Shown: piece after piece, positions 49,234 to 58,239 of the stretch | Layout: every line of letters starts with the position of its first letter | Numbering within the stretch: position 1 is the stretch's first letter | NCBI GenBank assembly: GCA_963706575.1 | Contig: CAVPNL010000015.1 | Span: 32,001-96,000, forward strand | Reading direction: 5' to 3' | From: an uncultured delta proteobacterium | Lineage (GTDB): Bacteria; Desulfobacterota; Desulfobacteria; Desulfobacterales; JAHEIW01 | Length of the DNA: 64,000 bases | Position numbers and translations under genes: made by a program | Notes under the pieces: generated by a model | Databases searched by the model: none | The model's input: only the letters and a program-made list of their open reading frames with translations | Told to the model about the DNA's origin: nothing

Positions 49234-50067
49234 GTGGGGACACAATTAATACAAAACTGGGTTGAAGATCGTATCGGGTGGATCGCGCTCAACAACACCC
49301 GCAGAAAGAATGCCCTTCACAATACGATGTATGAATCGATTCTTTCTTTACTCGACGCCTATGAAAAAGATGAGCAAGTCCGGACCATTGTGCTCAAGGG
49401 CAACGAGGGTAATTTTTCTGCGGGCTACGATCTGTCGCAGGGTTTGCCGGACCCGTACCGTGATTTTGTTAAAGATCTCTCCAGCGCTTCGGCAAAACGG
49501 CTCTGGTATTGCAAAAAACCCACCATTTCAATGGTCGAAGGCTACTGTGTGGGGGGCGGTTTTGAATTGGCGATGGGGGCGGACCTGGTCTATGCCGCCG
49601 AGGATGCCGCGCTTGGCGAGCCGGAAATCGATTTCTTTTTTACGCCGGATTACAATAGCATCCCCTGTCTGACGCTGGCCAGAAAAGCCAAGGAAATGAT
49701 ACTGCTGGGCAGCGTTATCAGCGGCAGCGAAGCGGCTGCCGTCGGACTGGTAAATAAAGCCTTCCCGCAGCAACAGCTGGAAGCGGAAGTAATCAAAATC
49801 TGTCATCGCATTGCCAGCCTGCCTTCAGAGACCGTAGAAGTGGCCAAAGTCGGCTTAAACGGCGCTTTAGACGCACAGGGTTTTAAAAACGCCATCGATT
49901 ATGGTGAGGAAATTGCGATATACAACGGGCTGCTGAGTAAAACCAATCCGAAATGCGAGTTGTTTTACAGGACCGCTAAAGAAAAGGGAATTAAAGAAGC
50001 CATAAAGCTGGTAAGGGATTACACGCAATCCGGTCAGATGGGCGAAGCGGGCTGGAAAAAAGATTAG
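49234..50067 (+). CDS. Enoyl-CoA hydratase/isomerase family protein
   Basis: RKNAL, FSAGYDL, GYCVGGGFELA, GEPEI. Confidence 0.9.
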   Translation: MGTQLIQNWVEDRIGWIALNNTRRKNALHNTMYESILSLLDAYEKDEQVRTIVLKGNEGNFSAGYDLSQGLPDPYRDFVKDLSSASAKRLWYCKKPTISMVEGYCVGGGFELAMGADLVYAAEDAALGEPEIDFFFTPDYNSIPCLTLARKAKEMILLGSVISGSEAAAVGLVNKAFPQQQLEAEVIKICHRIASLPSETVEVAKVGLNGALDAQGFKNAIDYGEEIAIYNGLLSKTNPKCELFYRTAKEKGIKEAIKLVRDYTQSGQMGEAGWKKD

Positions 50068-50210
50068 AACCCACCTCAAAAATGTCTTTTGGCCCAATAT
50101 CTTTGTTGGTGCCTCGCTTTAATTCCTCGACATACAACAGTATGCCTGCGGTTTAAAGCTCGGCCCCGCCGCAATCTTGAACCAAAATCCTATTTTTGAG
50201 ATGGGTTCTA
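50065..50210. mobile_element. MITE-like element (family F), 146 bp
   Basis: TIRs TAGAACCCACCTCAAAAAT / ATTTTTGAGATGGGTTCTA; a solo end TAGAACCCATCTCAAAAATGT lies at 8733-8753. Confidence 0.85.
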
Positions 50211-50249
50211 TTAGAATTTAATGGTTGCACCTGATGAGGAAAATGCGGC

Positions 50250-51299
50250 GTGATAACTGACTTTTTAGCGTTTGCGGAAGGCCCCCTGCTGTGGCTTGTC
50301 TTTGCCCTTTTCGGCGCGGGGCTGTTTTTGAGAACGGTTTTTTTTGTGCTCAGCATCATCCGTCGTCGCCCGTCTTTAGACCGGCATCCAGCCTTCAACG
50401 CACGTCCATTCCTTATCCTGCGCCTGTTGCTTCCGTTTCACAATGCCGTCCTGAAAAAACCATTTTATAGCCTGCTGCGTTATGGTTTTCACGTCTGTCT
50501 TTTTGTGGTTCCCATCTGGCTTGCCGGCCATATCAGCCTGTGGGAGGAGTCCCGCTTCGAATGGTACTGGACGCCGCTACCCGATGACTGGGCAGATACG
50601 ATGACATTGATCGTGTTGGCAACCTGCAGTTATTTTCTAGTGCGAAGAGTCATTTTAGGCATCATCCGCAAGAGCGGATCTATTGTAGATTACCTGTTTA
50701 TCATCCTGACGGCCCTGCCCTTTTTAACCGGCTATTTCTACACCCATGGCAGTTTAGACCATATCCCTTTTTTCGAAACCTACATGTGGTATTTTCATGT
50801 ATTGAGCGCTGAGGCCATGCTGCTGATGATCGTTTTTCTCTTCTTGCGAACCCGCTTGACCGCCGAAAGATGCATCGGATGCGCCGCATGTGAAATCAAT
50901 TGCCCCACCGGAACGCTGGAAACGAAAGATAGCCTGCGCCAGCGGGTGTTCACCTATTCGCATTATCAATGCATTTGCTGCGGAACCTGTGTGGGAGTCT
51001 GTCCCGAGAGTGCAGCCGAATTAAGGCACGAAGTCAATTTCGCTCATATTTATCGAATTTTCGCGAAACGCCCGATCCGGGCCGTCGAGCTGGCCCTCTG
51101 TGACAGCTGTGGTATGCCGATTGGGCCGCTGCCGCAAATGCAAAAACTGCAGGAAGTGGTGGCCGCCAGTGATGCTGAAGTCGAAACCCTGAATTGCTGC
51201 GACCGTTGTAAAAAAACAACCTTCCAAAAGAGTCATCTGTTCCCCGATGCCTGGCAGCTGCCGGCTGGCGGTCAGGAAGAAAACAACCGGCCAGCCTAA
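50250..51299 (+). CDS. NarI/TmcC-like membrane cytochrome b domain fused to a 2x[4Fe-4S] domain
   Basis: FAEGPLLW, FHVCLFVVPIWLAGH, LPFLTGY, FHVLSAE; then CIGCAACEINCP, CICCGTCVGVCP, CDSC and CDRC. Confidence 0.75.
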   Translation: MITDFLAFAEGPLLWLVFALFGAGLFLRTVFFVLSIIRRRPSLDRHPAFNARPFLILRLLLPFHNAVLKKPFYSLLRYGFHVCLFVVPIWLAGHISLWEESRFEWYWTPLPDDWADTMTLIVLATCSYFLVRRVILGIIRKSGSIVDYLFIILTALPFLTGYFYTHGSLDHIPFFETYMWYFHVLSAEAMLLMIVFLFLRTRLTAERCIGCAACEINCPTGTLETKDSLRQRVFTYSHYQCICCGTCVGVCPESAAELRHEVNFAHIYRIFAKRPIRAVELALCDSCGMPIGPLPQMQKLQEVVAASDAEVETLNCCDRCKKTTFQKSHLFPDAWQLPAGGQEENNRPA

Positions 51300-51307
51300 T
51301 GATTAAC

Positions 51308-51362
51308 GTGGGAGCGGCTTCCAGCCGCGAAATCAACTGTCGCGGCTGGAAGCCGCTCCCAC
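51308..51362. repeat. GTGG-type REP doublet (REPIN-like)
   Basis: GTGGGAGCGGCTTCCAGCCGCGA-N9-TCGCGGCTGGAAGCCGCTCCCAC; degenerate copy at 54250-54304 and a single related unit near 61581. Confidence 0.9.
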
Positions 51363-51629
51363 ATTCAATACCGCTTGTTCTTTCTGGATAATCAGATTTT
51401 GCTTTTCTTTCGTGTTTTGATCTCTTCGTGTTTTCGTGAATAATTTTTTGGACAGCCATTTGCGGAAAGGCAAATAATCATTTTGACCCTTATGGGCTAA
51501 TAGTTGGTTGGTTGACTTTTGTTAAGAGGTTGTTTATCTTCGTAATCGAGCCCGCTTTGTCCGGGATTGCATAAAAAGGCCTGATTTATAGGTCATAGCC
51601 GCCTGGCTGATTACGAATGCGTATAACTT

Positions 51630-52280
51630 ATGAAAATATCCCTTCAAGAATTTGCCTATAATAAATGCCAGGAACTGATTGGATCGGGCGAATTATCTCC
51701 CGGTCAGCTTTACAGTGAATCGGCGATGTCCAAGCAATTGGGAATTTCGAGAACCCCCCTCCGAACTGCCTTGCAGCAACTTGAAAGAGACGGGTTAATC
51801 ATCCGACTGCCGCAGCGGGGCTTTTACGTCTATCAATTTGAAGAAAAAGATATCGAGGAGCTTTTTGCCATCCGAAAAGCGATAGAAGGTTATGCCGTTG
51901 AACACATTGCCAAGAAAAAAGGAGAGATTGATCTAGAACCGGCAATGATACATTTGAAGGCCCAGGAGGAAGCGCGGCAATCCGATGATTATTCGATCTT
52001 TATCCGGGAAGACAGGAAATTTCACGAAAATCTGGTCAACGCCCTCGATAACAAGCGCCTGGTGATGATATACTCCGACATGCGACAGTCAATTGAACTC
52101 ATCGGCCTGAAGCGGTTCAAAATGAACAGTCAGCGTAATCAATCCATCGCCGAGCATAAAACCATCATCGAGGCCATTGAAGACGGCGACCCCCTGGCCG
52201 CCCGGGAAGCCGTTTATAATCACCTGGATATGGCCATGGTTTCATTGAAGAAGTATCTGAAATCAATCGACCAGCTTTGA
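51630..52280 (+). CDS. GntR (FCD) family transcriptional regulator
   Basis: LGISRTPLRTAL HTH, DRKFHE, SIAEHKTI, NHL. Confidence 0.93.
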   Translation: MKISLQEFAYNKCQELIGSGELSPGQLYSESAMSKQLGISRTPLRTALQQLERDGLIIRLPQRGFYVYQFEEKDIEELFAIRKAIEGYAVEHIAKKKGEIDLEPAMIHLKAQEEARQSDDYSIFIREDRKFHENLVNALDNKRLVMIYSDMRQSIELIGLKRFKMNSQRNQSIAEHKTIIEAIEDGDPLAAREAVYNHLDMAMVSLKKYLKSIDQL

Positions 52281-52289
52281 AACCACTTC

Positions 52290-54188
52290 TTAGAGGCACT
52301 CGTCTAAACCCAGACTTCTTAATTTTTCATCGGTGGGGATACCATCCTCCCCCCATCCGCGGACGCCATAGTACTCCGCCAGCATGGCATCCAGGTTGGG
52401 CAGGTTCTCTCCCGCCGGACCCGCACCCCTTGTGGTCGTCAGAAACCGTTCCGGCAGCGTATCATCTTTAGCGCGGATTCCCCGGCGCACGGAAATCATG
52501 CGCTGTAAATTAAAAATGCGCTCACCCATCTGATAAAACTCATCCAGGTCCACATCCCAGCCGGTGGCAATATTGAGGAAATCCAGATAGGAGGGTGGCT
52601 GCAGCGGCGGGCGCCCAAAACAGTCGGTGCTGTTGGTGAACAGGCACAACGTGAGCGAATTCAGCAGGCAGATGAAATCCTGTGCTTTGGCCGTCAGTTT
52701 GCCCTGCCCTTCCACCTGATAAGGGCTCAGCCGTTCGGTGGCCACCCAGCGGGAGATATCCGCCCCGTCCAGGTCTTCTTTGACGCTGTAATCGTAGTAG
52801 ATCGAGGTAAATCCGGACATGTGGCTGGCCCCGAAGGTAGATGTGGCATTCTCAAGGGCAGCGCCATTGTAAGCCCGGGGGTCATGAGCGGCAATCTCGA
52901 GCCCCTTGCCCTGCATGGCAAAGCGCTCGGCGCCGGGGCCTAAGGTTTCCGCCGCCTGGCGGGTCCCCTCCGCCAGGATGTCGGCCAATCGACCCTCTCG
53001 AAAGGTGATCTTTTTGATCATTGCCAGCATGGCCTCGGCATTGCCCCAGCTCAAATCGAGACCTTCCATCAGATCAGCATTGATGAGGCCGGCCTCAGCG
53101 CATTCGATGGCAAAGGCCAAAGTTGCCCCCAGCGAAATGGAATCAATGCCGTACTGGTTGCAGTAATCATAGGCCATATGAACGGCATCATAATCGGCTA
53201 TCAGACATTGGGTCCCGATAGGGCACAGCGCTTCCCAGACCGTATGCCGTTTTCCCTGGGCATTCAGTCTGGATTCCACGCAACTGGTGCGGCAGCCAAA
53301 ACAAAAATCATATTTGGCGCTTTCCGACAAAACATCGACAATGGTGTCATCGACTTCTTTGAACTCACCGGAGGCCCAGTTCTGAATGGGAGCCCTGCCC
53401 ATCTCCCAGAGGCTGTCCCACAGCTCTCTGCCTTTTGTTTTGCGGACCGCATTGGTGATTTTTACCTTGGGAAAATAGTTTTCAACACTGGCCTTTAATG
53501 CTTTGTTATCAGCCACCTTGGCCGCACCGGCGCTGCGGACGGCAATCCCTTTGAGCTTCTTATATCCCATCAGGGCGCCGAAGCCGCAGCGCGCAGCCGC
53601 CCTGCCCCTTTTGCCGTCATTCATCACACAGGCAAATTTAACCAGGTTCTCGCCGGCCTGACCGATGGCGGCCGTACTGACTTTATTGCCTTCCAATTCT
53701 TTGAGGGCATCCTCGAATTCATAGCAGTCCATGCCCCAGAACGTTTCTGCGTCCCTCAACTCAACACGATCTGCATCGATGAACAGGTACTTCGGGGAAT
53801 TGGCCCGACCCCGCACGACGACACCGTGATATCCGGCCGATCGCAGCCGAAAGGCCCAGTGCCCGCCGGAATGCGCCTCGCCATAGATGCCGGTCAAAGG
53901 CGACAATCCCGCCACAATGTGGCGGCCGCCGTAGGGAACCGCGCCGGTCAAGGGGCCGGTCATGAAGATCAACGGATTGTCGCTGGACAGGGCAGCGGTT
54001 TCAGCGCTGGTCTCCTGCCAGATGATTTTGGCCGCCAGCCCGGCGCCTCCCAGGTATTTGCGCGCCACATCGGCTTTGACGTAAACCGTCTCTATGGTAT
54101 CGGCGCTCAAATCAACCAGAATCAGGCGTGGTGAAAACCCAGCATCCGGCCGGGGTGCATAAATTTGTTCTTGTGTTTTTGCTGCCAT
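52290..54188 (-). CDS. Second aldehyde:ferredoxin oxidoreductase family protein
   Basis: YLGGAGL, SPLTG, IGQAGEN, AAARCGFGALMGYKKLKGIAV, CFGCRTSC, GIDSIS, HDPR, YYGVRGW. Confidence 0.93.
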   Translation of the reverse strand: MAAKTQEQIYAPRPDAGFSPRLILVDLSADTIETVYVKADVARKYLGGAGLAAKIIWQETSAETAALSSDNPLIFMTGPLTGAVPYGGRHIVAGLSPLTGIYGEAHSGGHWAFRLRSAGYHGVVVRGRANSPKYLFIDADRVELRDAETFWGMDCYEFEDALKELEGNKVSTAAIGQAGENLVKFACVMNDGKRGRAAARCGFGALMGYKKLKGIAVRSAGAAKVADNKALKASVENYFPKVKITNAVRKTKGRELWDSLWEMGRAPIQNWASGEFKEVDDTIVDVLSESAKYDFCFGCRTSCVESRLNAQGKRHTVWEALCPIGTQCLIADYDAVHMAYDYCNQYGIDSISLGATLAFAIECAEAGLINADLMEGLDLSWGNAEAMLAMIKKITFREGRLADILAEGTRQAAETLGPGAERFAMQGKGLEIAAHDPRAYNGAALENATSTFGASHMSGFTSIYYDYSVKEDLDGADISRWVATERLSPYQVEGQGKLTAKAQDFICLLNSLTLCLFTNSTDCFGRPPLQPPSYLDFLNIATGWDVDLDEFYQMGERIFNLQRMISVRRGIRAKDDTLPERFLTTTRGAGPAGENLPNLDAMLAEYYGVRGWGEDGIPTDEKLRSLGLDECL

Positions 54189-54249
54189 TTGAATTCCTCC
54201 GATTGGAAAGATTATAAATAATGCAAGGGGGTCTTAAGCGGTATTGAAT

Positions 54250-54377
54250 GTTGGAGCAGCTTTCAGTCGCGAAATCAATTATTGCGGTTGGAAGCCGCTC
54301 CCATAGGAAGTTTATCTATTGAGTAGGGCCGGCCTCTGTGCCGGCCAAGAAAAGGCAGCCACAGAGGGCTGCCCTAC
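54250..54377. repeat. Two adjacent REP doublets
   Basis: Degenerate copy of 51308-51362 at 54250-54304, and GTAGGGCCGGCCTCTGTGCCGGCC...GGCAGCCACAGAGGGCTGCCCTAC at 54323-54377 (same REP as inside family B). Confidence 0.8.
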
Positions 54378-54409
54378 TTCTGGCTTCTGGCCGGCAGCCA
54401 GCAAGATAA

Positions 54410-55429
54410 CTAGGTCGTCAACCATCTCACCGTTGGATTTTCTTTATACTTGTCAACCAAATAGCTGAAGAACTGGGCCATCCCTCCGGCATAAAAGATC
54501 ATGATCACAATCAGCATCAGGCCATAAATGAGCAAATTGATCCCCGGCAGATAGTCAAAATTGGATCGGAGCATCTCGGTAAACCAGATTAATGGAAAGG
54601 CGACCGCAAATCCGCCCCACAGGCTGCCCCGGCCTCCGATATAGACGATCACCAGAAATTCAACGGTTTTGGCGGTGTGAAGGAACTCGGGGGTCAGAAT
54701 ACCGATGAAGTGGGCGTAGAAGGCCCCGACCCAGCCGGCAAGCGCACAGGAGACGGTGAAATTCATGATGCGATAGCGCGTGGGATTGATGCCCGAGGTC
54801 TTGGCAGCGTCCATATTCTGACCAATGGCCTTGAAGGCCAGACCAATGTGGGAGCGGGCAATTCTTTTCAGAATAAACCATGTCACAAGCGCCACTCCGA
54901 TCACCGGATACCAGTAGTAAAGGTTGGGAGCTTCCGTTCCGAAAAAGTAGGCCGTACGCAAACCCAGCATGCCGCGGGTCAGCCAGACCAGCTTGATGGC
55001 CAGACCCATCATGCCAATCCCGATGAACCAGGTCAGGCAGATGGCAAACATCCCCCGCATACGCAGGCTGATGGCACCGGTAATAAATCCCAACAACCCC
55101 GCCGTAAAGGCACCGCAAAGCATGGTCACCGGAAGTGGAATGCCCCATTTGTTTGCCACAATAGCAGAGGTATAGGCGCCTAAACCGACAAAGGCGGCAA
55201 ATCCAAAATTGACAACCGCAATGTAGCCGGAACTGAAATCAAAGGCCATCGCCCCGGTTCCCATGATGGCCGCCAGGATGAACCAGCGGATCAAATAATC
55301 CTGGTTAAAGGGCGGAAAAAGCGGAACGATCATCAGGATCAAAAACCCAATCGCCCCCAGGGGGGTCAGACAAAGATAGTCTAAATATTTAGCGATTCCC
55401 TGCTTCTGGACATCATATTCATTGGCCAT
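54410..55429 (-). CDS. livM: Branched-chain amino acid-type ABC permease
   Basis: NFGFAAFVGLGAY, GLAFKAIGQN..AA..SGIN, IGGRGSLWG. Confidence 0.88.
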   Translation of the reverse strand: MANEYDVQKQGIAKYLDYLCLTPLGAIGFLILMIVPLFPPFNQDYLIRWFILAAIMGTGAMAFDFSSGYIAVVNFGFAAFVGLGAYTSAIVANKWGIPLPVTMLCGAFTAGLLGFITGAISLRMRGMFAICLTWFIGIGMMGLAIKLVWLTRGMLGLRTAYFFGTEAPNLYYWYPVIGVALVTWFILKRIARSHIGLAFKAIGQNMDAAKTSGINPTRYRIMNFTVSCALAGWVGAFYAHFIGILTPEFLHTAKTVEFLVIVYIGGRGSLWGGFAVAFPLIWFTEMLRSNFDYLPGINLLIYGLMLIVIMIFYAGGMAQFFSYLVDKYKENPTVRWLTT

Positions 55430-55447
55430 AACAACAACTCCCTCTTC

Positions 55448-56524
55448 TTATTCATCCCATACAGTTCTGACTTTCGTTGCAAAGATTCCAGACGGCTTAA
55501 AAATGAGAATAAGCGAAATCAGCAGCACCGGTATCACAGCTTCCCAGCCTTCACCCATATAGCTTCGCGTGATGACCTGAAAAAGCGCAATCATGAAGCC
55601 TCCCGGAATCGCGCCGGCCACATTACCAAATCCCACCAGAATGATGATAAACCAGGAATTGTATAACGGCATGACGCCGACGGTTGGATAGGAGGGAAAC
55701 ATAAACAGCAGACTGGCACCGGCCAGACCGGCCAGGCCGCAACTCAAGGCAAACGTCACAACATGAACGGTATCAACCGAAATACCCACCATGCGGGCGC
55801 CGTCCTCGTCCTGGGATACCGCCCGAATGGTTTTACCGGTGGTCGAGAACATCATGAAAATATAGAATCCAATCATGGTCAGGATCGCGATGAAGAAGGC
55901 ACAGATCCTGTCTATCGACATATAGACACCAAAGATCGGCACTGAGGGAAAATCCCAGTAGGCCAGGATCCCTTTAAAGTCAGCCCCGAAGGCTAATTGA
56001 TGCGTATTCTGAAAAATAATGGAGATACCAAGGGTGATCAAAAAGCAGTTCAATAACCATCCCTCGCGATTGCGCATCCGCAACTGTTTGAACACCAGCC
56101 GCTCGGTTAAAATCCCCAGGAAGGCACACATCAACGTCCCTGCCAGGATAGCGATCATGGGGCCCACATAAGCCACAAAGGATTCCGGGTGCTCGAGCGT
56201 GTAGTTGCTGATCGGCAGAAACACGAAATAGGCGGTCAACGAACCGGCCATGAAATATTCGCCATGGGCAAAGCCGGCAATGTTCATCACGCTGAAGAGC
56301 AATGCCAGGCCAATGGCCATCAGGGCCCACATCCCGCCGGTGATCACCGTATTCACCAGGATATAGGGCCCCTTGTGGATCGTGGCCACAATGGCGACTA
56401 AAATGGTCAGGCAGATGGTCATGCCCCCTGCCGAGAATAACCATCGTATTGCCTTTTGAGCAAACGTATCTTCAATGGTTTGATCAATTTTATCGATTGC
56501 CGATTCGGTTGAAGGATTTACCAT
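55448..56524 (-). CDS. livH: Branched-chain amino acid-type ABC permease
   Basis: ALMAIGLAL..VMNIAGFAHGE, GKTIRAVSQD..GA.MVGI, KPSGIF. Confidence 0.88.
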   Translation of the reverse strand: MVNPSTESAIDKIDQTIEDTFAQKAIRWLFSAGGMTICLTILVAIVATIHKGPYILVNTVITGGMWALMAIGLALLFSVMNIAGFAHGEYFMAGSLTAYFVFLPISNYTLEHPESFVAYVGPMIAILAGTLMCAFLGILTERLVFKQLRMRNREGWLLNCFLITLGISIIFQNTHQLAFGADFKGILAYWDFPSVPIFGVYMSIDRICAFFIAILTMIGFYIFMMFSTTGKTIRAVSQDEDGARMVGISVDTVHVVTFALSCGLAGLAGASLLFMFPSYPTVGVMPLYNSWFIIILVGFGNVAGAIPGGFMIALFQVITRSYMGEGWEAVIPVLLISLILIFKPSGIFATKVRTVWDE

Positions 56525-56541
56525 CAGCTGCTCCCCCTCGT

Positions 56542-57249
56542 TTAATGTCCCAGATAGATCTTTCTGACATGATCGTCGTCGGCCAGATCTGCGCTCTTGC
56601 CTTGCAATATAATTTTGCCCTTTTCAAGGATGTAGGCGCGCGACGTGGTCTTTAGCGTTTTGCCGACATTTTGCTCCACCAGAAAAATCGTGGTACCGCG
56701 TTTATTCAGCGTTCGCAGGGCCTTAAAGACTTCGTTGGTCAGCATGGGCGCCAGACCCAAAGACGGCTCATCGACTAACATCAGGCGCGGGCTGGACATG
56801 ATGCCCCGGCCAATGGCCATCATCTTGCGCTCGCCGCCGCTCAGGGTGCCGGCAAACTGAGCCTCCCTTTCATGAAGCCGCGGAAAAAGCTCATATACAA
56901 ATTCCAAATTTTTCGCTTGCTTGGCGGGGTCTTTGAGCGTGAAGGCCCCCATTTCCAAATTCTCTTTAACAGTCATGTTCACAAAGAGGTTCAGTTCCTC
57001 GGAAATAAAGGCGATGCCCTTGCGGCAGACCAGATGGCCCTCCAGCCCGCCGATGGGATTCCCTTCATAGAGTATTTCACCCCCCTGGGGCTCGACCAGC
57101 CCTGCAATGGTTTTGAGGGTCGTCGATTTTCCGGCCCCGTTCGGTCCGATCAGGGCCACAAACTCTCCCTCATCGACAAAAAAAGAAACGTCCCAGAGCA
57201 CCTGCAAAAAGCCATAGCCTGAATCAAGACTCTTGATTTCTAATAACAC
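56542..57249 (-). CDS. livF: ABC transporter ATP-binding protein
   Basis: GPNGAGKST, AGTLSGGERK, VDEPSLGLAP, LVEQN. Confidence 0.92.
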   Translation of the reverse strand: MLLEIKSLDSGYGFLQVLWDVSFFVDEGEFVALIGPNGAGKSTTLKTIAGLVEPQGGEILYEGNPIGGLEGHLVCRKGIAFISEELNLFVNMTVKENLEMGAFTLKDPAKQAKNLEFVYELFPRLHEREAQFAGTLSGGERKMMAIGRGIMSSPRLMLVDEPSLGLAPMLTNEVFKALRTLNKRGTTIFLVEQNVGKTLKTTSRAYILEKGKIILQGKSADLADDDHVRKIYLGH

Positions 57250-57268
57250 TTTTCTCCTCCACTGGTTT

Positions 57269-57417
57269 TAGAAGCGGTTTCAAAACCCCATCTAAGGCCC
57301 AATGGCTGCGTTGCAGACCTCCGATAAATGCTCACATACCCCCCATGTATGCTGCGCTTTCTCGATCGGCCTGCGCCTTGCCCTTGAACCTGATCTGAGA
57401 TTTTGAAACCACTTCTA
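57269..57417 (+). mobile_element. MITE family A inside the liv operon
   Basis: TAGAAGCGGTTTCAAAA / TTTTGAAACCACTTCTA; the right end supplies the livG stop. Confidence 0.92.
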
Positions 57418-58149
57418 GTCTTCCTCCTCAACCCCGAGATAGGCTTCAACCACCTTTGGATCCTGGGAGACCTCTTTTGTCGGGCCTTCGGCAATCTTGT
57501 TGCCAAAACTGATCACCGCCAACGTTTCGCACAATCCCATGATCACTTGCATGATGTGCTCCACCATCAGGATGGTGATGCCCTTATCGCGTATCTTCAG
57601 AATGATTTTCATCAAGGGCTCCAGCTCGCGCTCCGTCAGCCCGCTGGCCAGCTCATCCAGCAGCATCACTTTGGGTTGGCTCGCCAGCGCCCGTGCCAGG
57701 TCCAGCCTTTTTAACTGGACGGTATTCAACTGCTCGGATATCGTATCTTCAGGCAACCCAAACTCGACAAAGTTGAGCTGCTCGCGGGCATGGTTGACCG
57801 GATCCTTCAGCCTGGGAGTATTCCCAAAAACCGCGGCCACCATCACGTTATCAAGAACCGATAATTTGGGGAACGGCCGGGGGATCTGGAAGGTTCGGGA
57901 CAGACCCTTGTGGCACATCTCTTCAGGTGAGCAGTTTGTGGTTTCCTGGCCCAAAAAATGAACCGTGCCGGAAGTTGCGTTATTCAGCCCGGCAATGGCG
58001 TTTAGCAGGGTGGTTTTACCGGCGCCGTTGGGTCCGATAAGTCCCATGATCTCACCCTCTTTAACGCTCATGGAGACCTGATTGACCGCGACGAGTCCTC
58101 CAAATCGTTTCGTCAGATTCTCTGTATTGATGACAGAATTATTCTTCAT
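57415..58149 (-). CDS. livG: ABC transporter ATP-binding protein
   Basis: KRFGGLVAV, GPNGAGKTT, RTFQIPRPF, LLDE, VEH, EAYLG. Confidence 0.92.
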   Translation of the reverse strand: MKNNSVINTENLTKRFGGLVAVNQVSMSVKEGEIMGLIGPNGAGKTTLLNAIAGLNNATSGTVHFLGQETTNCSPEEMCHKGLSRTFQIPRPFPKLSVLDNVMVAAVFGNTPRLKDPVNHAREQLNFVEFGLPEDTISEQLNTVQLKRLDLARALASQPKVMLLDELASGLTERELEPLMKIILKIRDKGITILMVEHIMQVIMGLCETLAVISFGNKIAEGPTKEVSQDPKVVEAYLGVEEED

Positions 58150-58175
58150 GGTTTATCACCGGAATTCATACAGAA

Positions 58176-58220
58176 AGAGTAGAGGGAGGGGCCACGGACA
58201 TAACCGGGGCCCACTCCCTA
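58176..58220 (-). terminator. Stem-loop between the binding-protein gene and livG
   Basis: Minus-strand GGGAGTGGGCC...GGCCCCTCCC followed by a pyrimidine tract. Confidence 0.4.
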
Positions 58221-58239
58221 TGTTTGACACGCGAAACCA

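Noticed and set aside
57240..57506. Short ORFs sharing RSGFKISDQVQG (also 39898-40086 and 41476-41691)
   Set aside because: They are translations of MITE family A sequence, not a protein family.
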